Source of the DNA: Phycisphaerae bacterium
Lineage (GTDB): Bacteria; Planctomycetota; Phycisphaerae; SM23-33
Length of the DNA stretch: 64,000 bases
Assembly (NCBI GenBank): GCA_046541875.1
Contig: JBKHCL010000001.1
Coordinates: 1,596 to 65,595 of the forward strand
Direction of reading: 5' to 3'
Shown here piece after piece: positions 40,448-50,017 of this stretch. The position numbers were made by a program, and so were the translations under genes. The notes below the pieces were generated by a model, which was not told the DNA's origin, searched no databases, and saw only the letters and a list, made by a program, of their open reading frames with translations. Positions within the stretch are counted from its first letter, which is position 1; each line of letters opens with the position of its first letter.

Positions 40448-41881
40448 ATGAAACGCACACCGACTGTTCTCTGCCTGATCCTTGCGGGGGTCGGCATGCT
40501 CATGGCCATCGGCTGCAACGGGGAAGAAGAAACTCCCGTCGCCGCAGCCCGTCGCGAGAAGGTCGATGCCGCCGTCCGTGAGAAGCACGGCCGATCGCTC
40601 GAAGACCTGCCCGAGGTCACGCTGGTGGTCATCAGTCCCAACAACCGCAACATCGAACGCGAGTTCGCCGAAGCGTTCAGCCTGCACCACGCCATCGAGC
40701 ATGGCCGGCGCGTAACCATCGACTACCGCGACGTGTCGGGCGGGGGAAACGCCATCCTGGACAACCTCCGCAAGACCTACGCCGGCTCGAAGGAGAAAGT
40801 CAAATCGGCCGGCATCGACATCGTCTGGGGCGGCGGGGAAGACAACTTCATGAAGATGACGGACGAGGGAATCCTCCAGCCGATGACGATTCCCGAGAGC
40901 TTCAGGGAGCACGTCCCAGCCGTCTTCGGCGGGCTGCCCATGTATGACCAGGATGGCCACTGGGCGGGGACGGCCATCAGCGCGTTCGGCATTCTGTACA
41001 ACAAGGGCATGCTGGACCGCCTCAAACTGGCCCACCCGCGGACGTGGGACGACCTGGGCGAAGGGAAGTACTTCGACCTGGTCGTGCTGGCCGACCCCAC
41101 CCAGAGCAGCTCAGCGGCGGCAGTGAACGAAATGGTCGTCCAGTCGGGCAAGGATTGGCCCGACGGGTGGGCAAAGCTGCTGGACATCCTGGGCAACGCG
41201 AAGAAGTTCTTTACCGGCGCCTCGGACGCCGCCAACGCGGTAACCAGCATCGCCCCGGTCGCCACGTGCATCGATTTCTACGGGTCGATGCGCGTCAGCC
41301 GACACCCCGAGCAACTGGAGTACGTCTCGCCGGCCGGTCAGACCGCGCTGACGCCGGACCCGATCGGCATTCTCAAGAACCCGCCTCATCCGGAGTTGGC
41401 CCAGCGGTTCGTGGACTTCGTGCTGTCGCGTCGCGGGCAGGCGCTGTGGGCCTTGCCGGTGGGGGCCCACCACGGACCGGTGCATAAGCCGCTGTTTCGC
41501 ACGCCGATCCGACGGGACGTGTTCACCGCTTACAAGGGCAAGCTGCTGGGCGGGATCTCCGACCCGTTCGCAACCGGCGAGGAGATGAAGCTGGACCTGC
41601 AGATGCGGAATGTCCGCTTCGGGCTGCTGCGACACCTCGTGCGGGCGGCGGCACTGGACAACCGCGAGGGGCTCAAACAGGCCAAGAAGGCCCTGATCGA
41701 GAGCAACTTCGAGGCGACCCGGGCGAGGCTCTTCTACGCCTTGCCGCCCAACGTGCGGACCCGCGAGCAGATCGAACAGATCGCCCCGCAGCTGCTCGAC
41801 GATACGGACCGCGACAGGATCGTCACGGGCTGGTCCACCTTCTTCCGCGAGCAATACCGCAAGGTGATCGATCTGCCGTGA
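40448..41881 (+). CDS. ABC transporter periplasmic solute-binding lipoprotein (Fe3+/family-1 type)
   Basis: Lipoprotein signal LAGVGMLMAIGC. The size and layout fit iron(III)-type SBPs. It is followed by a cognate permease and ATPase. Confidence 0.7.
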   Translation: MKRTPTVLCLILAGVGMLMAIGCNGEEETPVAAARREKVDAAVREKHGRSLEDLPEVTLVVISPNNRNIEREFAEAFSLHHAIEHGRRVTIDYRDVSGGGNAILDNLRKTYAGSKEKVKSAGIDIVWGGGEDNFMKMTDEGILQPMTIPESFREHVPAVFGGLPMYDQDGHWAGTAISAFGILYNKGMLDRLKLAHPRTWDDLGEGKYFDLVVLADPTQSSSAAAVNEMVVQSGKDWPDGWAKLLDILGNAKKFFTGASDAANAVTSIAPVATCIDFYGSMRVSRHPEQLEYVSPAGQTALTPDPIGILKNPPHPELAQRFVDFVLSRRGQALWALPVGAHHGPVHKPLFRTPIRRDVFTAYKGKLLGGISDPFATGEEMKLDLQMRNVRFGLLRHLVRAAALDNREGLKQAKKALIESNFEATRARLFYALPPNVRTREQIEQIAPQLLDDTDRDRIVTGWSTFFREQYRKVIDLP

Positions 41882-43629
41882 GCCCCTTCGGACCGGTCAA
41901 TCCGATCGCGCGGTGGGGCGAGTCGGTCCGCTCCCAGCCGATCGCGACGCTGCTGACCGTGGCGCTGATCGCACTGCTGGCCGGCGGATTGCTCTGGCCG
42001 ATCGGAATGGCGATCTACCAGGCCTTCGTCCATCGCGGAAGCCTCAGCGGCTACTGGTTCTCTCGCCTCCTGCACGATCGCACCGGGGCGCAACTGCTCA
42101 ACGGCCTGCAACTGGCGAGCCTCGCCACGGGAATCAGTCTCCTGCTGGCCGTGCCGCTCGCGCTGGTCCGTGCCCGCTGCCGATTCGTCGGGCAGAAGGT
42201 GCTGGGCGTGGCGGTGCTGGTTCCGCTGATCCTCCCGCCGTTCGTGGGCGCGATGTCCATGCGACAGCTGCTGGGGCAGTTCGGCGTGCTCAACCTGATT
42301 CTCGAACGTCTCGGCCTGCTGGAGATCGGGCCCGGCGAGCTGCCGCCCGACTGGCTGGCCGGCGGCATGGTCGGCGTGGCGGTCATCCAGGCGCTGCACC
42401 TGTTCCCGATTCTCTATCTGAACGCCTCGGCCTCGCTGGCGAACGTCGACCCGTCGCACACCCAGGCGGCCCGCAACCTCGGGGCCGGGCCGGCGCGAAC
42501 CTTCCTCCGCGTGACGCTGCCGCTGATTCGTCCGGGCCTGTTCGCCGGGGGAACCATCGTGTTCATCTGGAGCTTCACGGACATCGGCACGCCGCTGATC
42601 ATGAGTTACACGGACCTGTTGCCGGTGCGGATCTTCCAGGAACTCTCCAGCACCTACGGCGGAAAGACCTTCGCGATGGTGTTCGTGCTGCTGGCGATTT
42701 CGGTGGGCCTCTACGTGCTGGGCAAGTTCGTGTTCGGCCGATCGGAGGACGTCGCCGGTTCCAAGGCCACCCTGCAGGCAGAGACCCGCACACTGGGCCC
42801 GCTGGCGACGGTGGGTGCCTGGGCGCTGTTCGGGCTGGTGCTGGTTGCGGCGATTCTCCCGCACGTGGGCGTGGTGCTGACGGCGCTGGCGGATTCGTGG
42901 ATCAACACCATCGTGCCGACCCGCTACACCACCGCTCATCTCCAGGCGGTGGTCACCAGCGAAGAGACCTACCGAAGCATTCTCAACAGCCTCAAGTACG
43001 CCGGAACCTCCACGGTGATCGACCTGGGAATCGGCACGCTGGCGGCCTGGCTGATCGTCCGCAGCCGATCGGCGGGCTCGGGGCTTCTGGACGCCCTGGC
43101 GATGCTCCCGCTTGCGGTACCGGGGCTCATCCTGGCTGCGGGGTACGTGGCGATGACCGTTCCGGGCTCGCTGCTGGACCGGATGGGAATCACCCCGGTG
43201 GATAACCCGTTCGTGCTGCTGGTGATCGCCTATTCGGTGCGACGCCTGCCTTTTGTGGTTCGCGGCGTATCGGCCGGTCTGCAACAGGTGCCCGTCTCGC
43301 TGGAGGAGGCGGCGCGAAACCTCGGCTCCTCGCGCGCGGGCGCAGCCCGGAGGATCACGCTGCCCCTGGTGACCGCCAACCTCATTGCCGCCGGTGTACT
43401 GACGTTTTCGTTCGCGATGTTGGAGGTCAGCGACTCGCTGGTGCTCGCCCAGCGCGCGAGCGATTATCCCATCACCAAGCAGATCTACATCCTGTATACC
43501 TCCGGAACCGCCGCCAGTGCGAACGTGGCTGCGGCGCTGGGCGTGTACGGAATGGGACTGCTGGCGACGACGATGGCCGTCGCGAGCATTCTGCTGGGAC
43601 GCAAGCTCGGCGCGATCTTCCGCGCCTGA
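41878..43629 (+). CDS. ABC transporter permease, fused two-domain (FbpB/AfuB-like)
   Basis: The GTG start overlaps the upstream stop (GTGA 41878-41881). 583 aa with two repeats of the binding-protein-dependent permease fold (EAA-like ...AARNLGAGPARTF... and ...AARNLGSSRAGAA...). Confidence 0.85.
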   Translation: MSPFGPVNPIARWGESVRSQPIATLLTVALIALLAGGLLWPIGMAIYQAFVHRGSLSGYWFSRLLHDRTGAQLLNGLQLASLATGISLLLAVPLALVRARCRFVGQKVLGVAVLVPLILPPFVGAMSMRQLLGQFGVLNLILERLGLLEIGPGELPPDWLAGGMVGVAVIQALHLFPILYLNASASLANVDPSHTQAARNLGAGPARTFLRVTLPLIRPGLFAGGTIVFIWSFTDIGTPLIMSYTDLLPVRIFQELSSTYGGKTFAMVFVLLAISVGLYVLGKFVFGRSEDVAGSKATLQAETRTLGPLATVGAWALFGLVLVAAILPHVGVVLTALADSWINTIVPTRYTTAHLQAVVTSEETYRSILNSLKYAGTSTVIDLGIGTLAAWLIVRSRSAGSGLLDALAMLPLAVPGLILAAGYVAMTVPGSLLDRMGITPVDNPFVLLVIAYSVRRLPFVVRGVSAGLQQVPVSLEEAARNLGSSRAGAARRITLPLVTANLIAAGVLTFSFAMLEVSDSLVLAQRASDYPITKQIYILYTSGTAASANVAAALGVYGMGLLATTMAVASILLGRKLGAIFRA

Positions 43630-43649
43630 CGTTCGACAAGGACCCCGAC

Positions 43650-44729
43650 ATGACGAGCATCACACTGGACCGAATCGCCAAACGCTACGGCCCGCCCGAG
43701 GGCGGGGTGTGGGCGGTGCGCGAGCTGTCGCTCACGATCGAAGCCGGCGAGTTCTTCTTCCTGCTCGGGCCCAGCGGCTGCGGGAAGACCACGCTGCTGC
43801 GGATGATCGCCGGACTCGTCGAGCCCACCACCGGGCGGGTGATGCTGGGCGAGCGGGATGTCACGCATCAGCCCGTCGAAGACCGGCGTACGGCGCTGGT
43901 GTTCCAGAACTACGCATTGTGGCCTCACATGACGGTCTATCAGAACGTGGAGTTCGGGCCGCGGATGCGCGGTTCGGGTCGTCGGGAAGCACGCCTGCAG
44001 GCCGACGAGCAGTTGCAGCGGGTCCGAATGGCGGAGTTCGGCCGACGCAAGCCCAACCAACTCTCCGGCGGTCAACAGCAACGCGTCGCACTCGCCCGCG
44101 CATTGGCCAGCGGCGACCCCTGCCTGTTGATGGACGAACCGCTGAGCAATCTCGACGCCAAGCTCCGCTCGGAGATGCGCATCGAACTGCGACGCCTCGT
44201 GAAAAGCAGCGAGGCCACCGGCGTTTACGTGACCCACGACCAGAAGGAAGCCCTCTCGATGGCCGACCGTATCGGCGTGATGCACGCCGGGGAGCTCGTG
44301 CAGATCGGCACGCCCCAGGAACTCTACAATCGGCCGACGACGCGTTTCGTAGCCGACTTCCTCGGCGAGGCGAACTTCATCGACGGCTCGGCGACACCGA
44401 CCCCCGACGGGACGGCCGTTCGCACACCGGCAGGCGCGGTGCGATCAACTCAGCGCGGGGCTGATCGGGAGAGCGAAGTCACCTGCTGCGTTCGTCCCGA
44501 GCGTATCGGCCTGGTTCCCTTGGGCGATGACGACGACGCCGGGGACGGATTGCCCGCGACCGTGGAAACCCGCGTGTATCTCGGTGAGACGGAGCAGTTG
44601 ACGGTGCGATTGGTCGACGGCAGCGAGTGGCGCGTTTCGCTCATCGGCAGGGGGGCCGGCGCGTTTGCCGAAGGTCAGCGAGTGAAGCTCATCGTCCCGC
44701 CCGAGGACGTCACGCTCCTGGATGAGTGA
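43650..44729 (+). CDS. ABC transporter ATP-binding protein (FbpC/PotA-like)
   Basis: Walker A GPSGCGKTT, signature LSGGQQQRVALARA, Walker B LLMDEP, and a C-terminal TOBE-like domain. Confidence 0.92.
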   Translation: MTSITLDRIAKRYGPPEGGVWAVRELSLTIEAGEFFFLLGPSGCGKTTLLRMIAGLVEPTTGRVMLGERDVTHQPVEDRRTALVFQNYALWPHMTVYQNVEFGPRMRGSGRREARLQADEQLQRVRMAEFGRRKPNQLSGGQQQRVALARALASGDPCLLMDEPLSNLDAKLRSEMRIELRRLVKSSEATGVYVTHDQKEALSMADRIGVMHAGELVQIGTPQELYNRPTTRFVADFLGEANFIDGSATPTPDGTAVRTPAGAVRSTQRGADRESEVTCCVRPERIGLVPLGDDDDAGDGLPATVETRVYLGETEQLTVRLVDGSEWRVSLIGRGAGAFAEGQRVKLIVPPEDVTLLDE

Positions 44730-44762
44730 CGACAGCAGGCGATAGGGACGGGGTCGAGTTTC

Positions 44763-45872
44763 TCAATCGAACAGTCCGCCGGCGGGCGTTGTCTCCACGC
44801 CATACTCGTCGACGAGGAAGCGGAGAGCCTCGTCGCTGGATCGGAACACCCTGGTAGCGGTCTCGGTGATGAAGGGGCTGGGCTCGACATCGGGTTGCCA
44901 GACGACGTACACGTCGCGGGTGGCTTCGTGGGCGTGCTGCAGTTCGCGCTCAACGCCGCTGGAGAGGCCCGGTCGCCCGTCTTCCAGGGTCGGCACGAGC
45001 GAGATGATCATGTCCGACTGGTCGATCAGTTTGAAGTCCCGCGCGTAGATCTGTCCGTCGATGTCCGGAATGATGCTGATGACCTCGCCGGCCGGCACGT
45101 CCACGCGCATCCCTTCCGGGCCGACACGCAGGGTCCGCTCGCCCTTCTCCACCGCCTGGATGGCCGGGCGACAGAGATACTTCTCTTCCACGTCGCCGGG
45201 GTCGAAGCAGATGAAGTGCTTCTTCATCTCCAGGCGAAAGCGGTCGATCTCCGCCTGGATCTTCGGGCGGTCCAGCACGTGCGACATCGGGAAGCTCAGG
45301 TACGCCTTCTTCATGTCCGGATCCGTCATGAGGCGCCCCATCGCCTGGGCGGTCGAGTCGTCCGCGCCGCGGGCACAGATGTAGAACCTCCCGTGGCCTG
45401 AGACGATCTGGCTCATCAGCTCGGTCGCCAGCGTCTCCTCCTCCCGCCAGACCATCAGATCCTTCAGCGTATGATTGGCATGGCCGTCGCGGGCGAGGCG
45501 GGCGTGAATGGTGTCGATATTGTCCACCACGGTGATGTAGAGGTCCGCGTCGAAGGACTTGAGCTGATCGTAGTCAAACGCGTAAAAGAGCCCGTGACGC
45601 CATCGGAACGTCGCGTGTGTGTTCACGATCACGTTCGCGCCGCTCTCGGCCTGGCGAAGGATGTCCTTGAACACGCTGCGACGGAGACTGTTGAGGCGGG
45701 TCAGCGGCAGGTCCAGAATGCGCCCGTGAACCACGTCGGGCGCTTCGGCGTACATCAACTCACCGACGTTCATCAGGTGCACGTCCATTCCGCTCTGGCT
45801 GCAGAAGTGTTTGACACGCTGGAGGAATGGAGTCTTGTCCAGTCCGACCTGCCCGGTGATGACGGCTCGCAT
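44763..45872 (-). CDS. Fusion protein: archaeal-type adenylate-kinase-like domain (degenerate P-loop) plus nucleoside 2-deoxyribosyltransferase-like domain
   Basis: ATG (rc) 45870-45872 is preceded by GGAGAGA. The N-half VITGQVGLDKT...VNTHATF...ADLYITVVDNIDTIHARL parallels AdkA (VTGVPGVGSTT...VDTHSTV...PDLIIVVET...). The C-half YLSFPMS...RDFKLIDQSDMIISL...SSGVERELQHAHE fits the NDT/Rcl-like fold. The TTG at 45941 is a less likely start. Confidence 0.6.
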   Translation of the reverse strand: MRAVITGQVGLDKTPFLQRVKHFCSQSGMDVHLMNVGELMYAEAPDVVHGRILDLPLTRLNSLRRSVFKDILRQAESGANVIVNTHATFRWRHGLFYAFDYDQLKSFDADLYITVVDNIDTIHARLARDGHANHTLKDLMVWREEETLATELMSQIVSGHGRFYICARGADDSTAQAMGRLMTDPDMKKAYLSFPMSHVLDRPKIQAEIDRFRLEMKKHFICFDPGDVEEKYLCRPAIQAVEKGERTLRVGPEGMRVDVPAGEVISIIPDIDGQIYARDFKLIDQSDMIISLVPTLEDGRPGLSSGVERELQHAHEATRDVYVVWQPDVEPSPFITETATRVFRSSDEALRFLVDEYGVETTPAGGLFD

Positions 45873-46096
45873 GGCTCTCTCCGATGGGTGCGGCGACGGG
45901 CCGGGGCGGTCCATCGCCTCGGCGGCGGTGAGTGTACCCAATCCGCGTGGTCAGGACCAGTCCGCGTCGCACCAAGAGGGCGAAATCGGGCGGTTCGCAC
46001 GCGGCGCTTGGCCCGGCCGGGTCGATGGTGTAGGATGTCCCCTTGCCCCTCGACGGGAAGGGCGGAGCTGAAGGATCAGCCAACGGAGAGACCCCC

Positions 46097-47680
46097 GTGA
46101 GCGACGAGCTTCATCATGAATGTGGCGTGGCTGCACTGTACCTGCTGGACAAACCATGGAAGGGGGCGGACCCGGCCGGGCCCGGTTGCGAGGCGATGGG
46201 CGAGGAGGGCAATGTCTCTCGTCTGATGCCCCAGATCCTTCTGGACCTCCAGAACCGCGGTCAGCTGGCGGCGGGCATGAGCTCCTACAACCCGCAACGT
46301 GTCCAACTGCTGGATACGTATAAGGATATCGGAACGGTCGGCGAGGCGTTCCGCATGTCGCGCCCGCCGAAGTACCATTCGATTCTGGACGAGTACGCCG
46401 GCAAGGCCGCCATCGGGCACACCCGGTACGCCACCTGCGGGCTGGACGACGCTCGCTACGCCCAGCCCTTCGAGCGCCACCACGGTCGGCTGTGGAAGTG
46501 GTTCACGTTCGCTTTCAATGGAAACCTCGCCAACTACGGCGATCTGCGCGACCGTCTGTTGGCCAAACGCCACTACCATTTCACGCTCGATACCGACACG
46601 GAAATCGTGATGCACTCGCTGGCGTATCGGCTGCGCGGTGATAAACCTGCCGACTTGACGAAACTGATGACCGGGCTGGCACGCAGCTTTGACGGGGCGT
46701 TCAATATCGCGTTTCTCGATGCGATGGGACGCATGTTCGTCTGCCGCGACCCGCTGGGACTTCGGCCGATGAGTTGGGGCGTGCAGGGCAACCTGTTCGC
46801 CGCTGCCAGTGAGTCGGTAGCGCTGTCGAACCTGGGCTTCGAGACCATTCACAGCCTCCAGCCGGGACAGATGGCCATCATCGAGGACGGCGAGCTGCGT
46901 TTCGAGCAGTTCGCCTCCGCCCCACGCAAGGCCAAGTGCTTCTTCGAGTGGGTGTACTTCTCGAACGTCGCCAGCAAGATCGACGATCAGAGCGTGTACG
47001 TTGCCCGCGCCCGCAGCGGCGAGAAGCTCGCGGAAATGGAAGACCAGGAAATCAACGGCGACTGCATCGTCGTGCCCGTTCCCGATACCGCCAAGGCCGC
47101 CGCCGACGCATACGCCTACGCGCTGGGTATTCCCAGCGTGGAAGGGCTCATGCGGAACCGCTACATCGGGCGAACGTTCATCCAGCCCAACTCTACGCGG
47201 CGGGCCAGCGCCAAGAACAAATACACCGCGCTGCCGGAGGTGCTCGAGGGGCGTCGCGTGTTCCTCGTGGAAGACTCCATCGTCCGATCGACCACGCTCA
47301 AGACGCTCGTGTCCCAGATTCGCGACGGCGCCGGCGCGAAGGAGATCCACGTCCGCGTGGCGTGTCCGCCGATCGTCGCCCCGTGCTTTTACGGGATCGA
47401 CATGTCCACGCTGGGCGAGCTGTTTGCCCCGAACTTCACGCCCAAACGCTACAACGGCAACCCGTCCGACGCGATGCACGCCGAGATGGCCAGGGAACTG
47501 AAAATCGACAGTCTTCGTTATCTTCCCATAGACGACCTGGGTCCGTGCCTGCACGTGGAGGGCGAGGATCTCTGCACCGGCTGCGTGCTGGGCAAGTATC
47601 CCACCGAGCGCGGCAACAAACTGATGCGGTCGGCCAAGCGGCGCCTCGCCAGAGGCCAGTCCGGACGCACCTACGAATAA
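46097..47680 (+). CDS. purF: Amidophosphoribosyltransferase, [4Fe-4S]/propeptide type
   Basis: GGAGAG SD before GTG 46097. The N-terminal ...HHECGVAAL carries the Ntn Cys. PRT motif VFLVEDSIVRSTT, and cluster cysteines CPPIVAPCFYG and CTGCVLGKYP. Confidence 0.93.
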   Translation: MSDELHHECGVAALYLLDKPWKGADPAGPGCEAMGEEGNVSRLMPQILLDLQNRGQLAAGMSSYNPQRVQLLDTYKDIGTVGEAFRMSRPPKYHSILDEYAGKAAIGHTRYATCGLDDARYAQPFERHHGRLWKWFTFAFNGNLANYGDLRDRLLAKRHYHFTLDTDTEIVMHSLAYRLRGDKPADLTKLMTGLARSFDGAFNIAFLDAMGRMFVCRDPLGLRPMSWGVQGNLFAAASESVALSNLGFETIHSLQPGQMAIIEDGELRFEQFASAPRKAKCFFEWVYFSNVASKIDDQSVYVARARSGEKLAEMEDQEINGDCIVVPVPDTAKAAADAYAYALGIPSVEGLMRNRYIGRTFIQPNSTRRASAKNKYTALPEVLEGRRVFLVEDSIVRSTTLKTLVSQIRDGAGAKEIHVRVACPPIVAPCFYGIDMSTLGELFAPNFTPKRYNGNPSDAMHAEMARELKIDSLRYLPIDDLGPCLHVEGEDLCTGCVLGKYPTERGNKLMRSAKRRLARGQSGRTYE

Positions 47681-47724
47681 GACTCCGTCCCCGCCTCGCG
47701 GCAGGGGCGTTTGAGGAACCCAAG

Positions 47725-48267
47725 ATGACTGAAATACCGCCAGGAACATTCGAGCACGTCCCAGCCGTCATGGACGCCCTCGCGTCGCGCGGACTGCTGC
47801 TGGGCAGCTTCGACGCCAAGGGCAACGGAAATCTCATGACCATCGGCTGGGGTTCGCTGGGGATGGTCTGGGGCGTGCCCACCTGGATGGTGCTGGTCCG
47901 CCCGTCCCGCCACACGTACTCGTGCATCGAGCATTCGGGCTGTTTCACCGTGAATGTCACCACCGACGATCAGTCGATGGCCTGCGTGGTGTGCGGCTCG
48001 CAGAGCGGCCGGGACGTCAACAAATTCGAGGAAACCGGGCTCACGATGGAACCGGCCTCCAGCGTGCTGGCGCCCGTGGCGGCCGAGTGCCCCATCCGCT
48101 ATGAGTGCCGGGTCATCCACTCCAATGACGTGCTGCCCAACAAACTCACCGATGAAATCCGCTCAGGCAGCTACCAGGACGGGGACTATCACCGGGTGTA
48201 CATCGGGAAGATCCTGCGCACCGTCAGCGCCCCCGACGCGGCCGATCAGCTCGCACAACGCAGCTGA
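47725..48267 (+). CDS. Flavin reductase-like FMN-binding split-barrel protein
   Basis: ATG 47725, 180 aa. NLMTIGWGSLG...CFTVNV...SGRDVNKFEETGL is typical of the flavin reductase domain. Confidence 0.7.
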   Translation: MTEIPPGTFEHVPAVMDALASRGLLLGSFDAKGNGNLMTIGWGSLGMVWGVPTWMVLVRPSRHTYSCIEHSGCFTVNVTTDDQSMACVVCGSQSGRDVNKFEETGLTMEPASSVLAPVAAECPIRYECRVIHSNDVLPNKLTDEIRSGSYQDGDYHRVYIGKILRTVSAPDAADQLAQRS

Positions 48268-48290
48268 CCGCAAGGGGCAAGTTGCTCGGT

Positions 48291-50006
48291 TCAGTCCATC
48301 CGACGAAGAATCCACGTGCGCCCGGGGTTCGACGGCGGGGCGGGGATCTCGACGGCCTGACCGGTAATTTCTTCCAGCGCCCAGCCGGCCGCCTGAAGCA
48401 CCTGCCTGGAGGGGCGGTCTTTCTCCAGCACCTGCCGCAGCGCGTCGCTCGTGCTTTTGGACTTCAGCTCGCCGGCGGCGATGCAGGCGTGGAACCTCGC
48501 GGCATTTGGCTGGTGCGGGTCGGTTATCAGGTCGGACAGAAACGCGGCGACCGCCTCGGTTTTCTCCTCGTTGACCAACCCTGCCGCCACGCGCGCGGCG
48601 ATGGCAGACTGCCTGCCCAGACGCGCGGTGAGGTACTTGACTCGCCCGGCTTCGATCACCAACGGCAGCGCCTCGGTGGCGTTCATTTCCGACAGCGCTT
48701 CCATCGCCGCTGCCGTCACTTCCTGCGAGTAGGGCACCGGCGACGGGCTGGAAAGGTGTCGCTTTGCCTGGGCGATGTTGCGTTTCAGCAGGTCGCGCAG
48801 CGGTTTGCGGGCGTCGGCGATCTTGGCGGCAGCCAGCCCGCGGGCGCACTCGGCCACGGCGGCTGAGTCGATCGGAAGCGAGCGCAACATCTTGATGCGC
48901 GTCTCGGCGGCGACGTCGCTCTTGAGTTCGCTGAGCAGCCAAAGGGCACTGATCAAGTTGCGGCTGCGGGTTTTCGCGGTGCCCGGCGGGTCGGTAAGCC
49001 ACTTCGCTGCCGCCGACGCAACGGTTCGGGCCGGCGTGATCTGCAGCAACGCCTCGCGTGCGGCCCGGTGGGCATCGATGGGTGCTTCGGCAAGTCGGTC
49101 GAACAGCTTGGGCATGTACCGCGCGCCTCCAAGCCGACCGGCCGACCGGATCGCAGCCAGACGGACCATCGCGGATTTGTCCTCCAGGGCGTCGTCGACC
49201 CGGCCGGGCTTGCCCAGCAGACCCCATGCACGGACGGCGGCCGATCGCATGCGCGGGTCCTTCGAGTTCCACGCGGCGAGGAGTTGTTCGCGGGGCGGCG
49301 TCTTGGCGTGAAGGGCCCGGGCGGTCAAGGCGGCGGCTCGGACGCCCGGAACCTTCTCGCCCGTCAGGGCGGCGAGGGCATCGGTGAGCGGTTTCCCTCC
49401 GCTGTGGGGCTTGAGCAGCAGGGCATTCTCCGCCGCCCGCAGGCGGACAGCCGGCGACGTGTGCGAAAGGGTCTCGACCAGAACCGCCGGCCGAGCGGCC
49501 TGGCCCAGCGCGGTCAATGTCTGCAGCGCATCGGCAGCCAGGGCGGCGTTGTCCCCGGCGACCAGGGCAGCAACCGCCTCACTTACCGAGGCGATGCGTT
49601 GTTCCCGGACCTCCAGCAGCGCACCCCGCTGCAGGGCGAGCGGGGCCTCGGCGGCCAGGGCTTCTCTCAGCAGGGCTTGGCGCTTGGGGTGAGGAAGATT
49701 CCACGCTGCCTGTAGCGCCGAGAGTCGTACGCCGGTGTCCCCGTCGCTTCGAAACGCCCGGCCGATGGGCTCGGCGGCAGCGGCGGGATTGTTCGTCTCG
49801 CCCAAGGCTTTGAGGGCCTGCTGGCGAACGTATGGATCGCGGTCGTCCAGGAGGTTCACCAGCATCGCGACGTCCTTATCCGTGCCGTACTGCTGGCGGG
49901 GGCGATACTCGCCGGGTTTCTCAGCGGCCCGGGCGGCTGTGATTGTCACAAGCAGCGTCGCGACGAGAAAGGTCGGTCGGTTGGATCGGGTAGCGGTTGG
50001 TCTCAC
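48291..50006 (-). CDS. Secreted HEAT-repeat protein
   Basis: GTG (rc) 50004-50006 lies 11 nt after the upstream stop, with AGGA overlapping that stop. Repeated D..VR..A..ALG modules (PBS-lyase-type HEAT) and an N-terminal hydrophobic segment. Confidence 0.7.
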   Translation of the reverse strand: MRPTATRSNRPTFLVATLLVTITAARAAEKPGEYRPRQQYGTDKDVAMLVNLLDDRDPYVRQQALKALGETNNPAAAAEPIGRAFRSDGDTGVRLSALQAAWNLPHPKRQALLREALAAEAPLALQRGALLEVREQRIASVSEAVAALVAGDNAALAADALQTLTALGQAARPAVLVETLSHTSPAVRLRAAENALLLKPHSGGKPLTDALAALTGEKVPGVRAAALTARALHAKTPPREQLLAAWNSKDPRMRSAAVRAWGLLGKPGRVDDALEDKSAMVRLAAIRSAGRLGGARYMPKLFDRLAEAPIDAHRAAREALLQITPARTVASAAAKWLTDPPGTAKTRSRNLISALWLLSELKSDVAAETRIKMLRSLPIDSAAVAECARGLAAAKIADARKPLRDLLKRNIAQAKRHLSSPSPVPYSQEVTAAAMEALSEMNATEALPLVIEAGRVKYLTARLGRQSAIAARVAAGLVNEEKTEAVAAFLSDLITDPHQPNAARFHACIAAGELKSKSTSDALRQVLEKDRPSRQVLQAAGWALEEITGQAVEIPAPPSNPGRTWILRRMD

Positions 50007-50017
50007 GCGGGGGGGTC

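Noticed and set aside
45873-46096. Possible purine or ZTP (pfl) riboswitch upstream of purF
   Set aside because: The region contains cgggcgg and GC-rich segments. It lacks the conserved GGGUCGUGACUGGCG...CCGCCUGGGC pseudoknot signature and the purine-riboswitch three-way-junction motifs.
41734-47749. Minus-strand ORFs 41734-43284 and 46076-47749
   Set aside because: They are antisense shadows of the ABC permease and purF.
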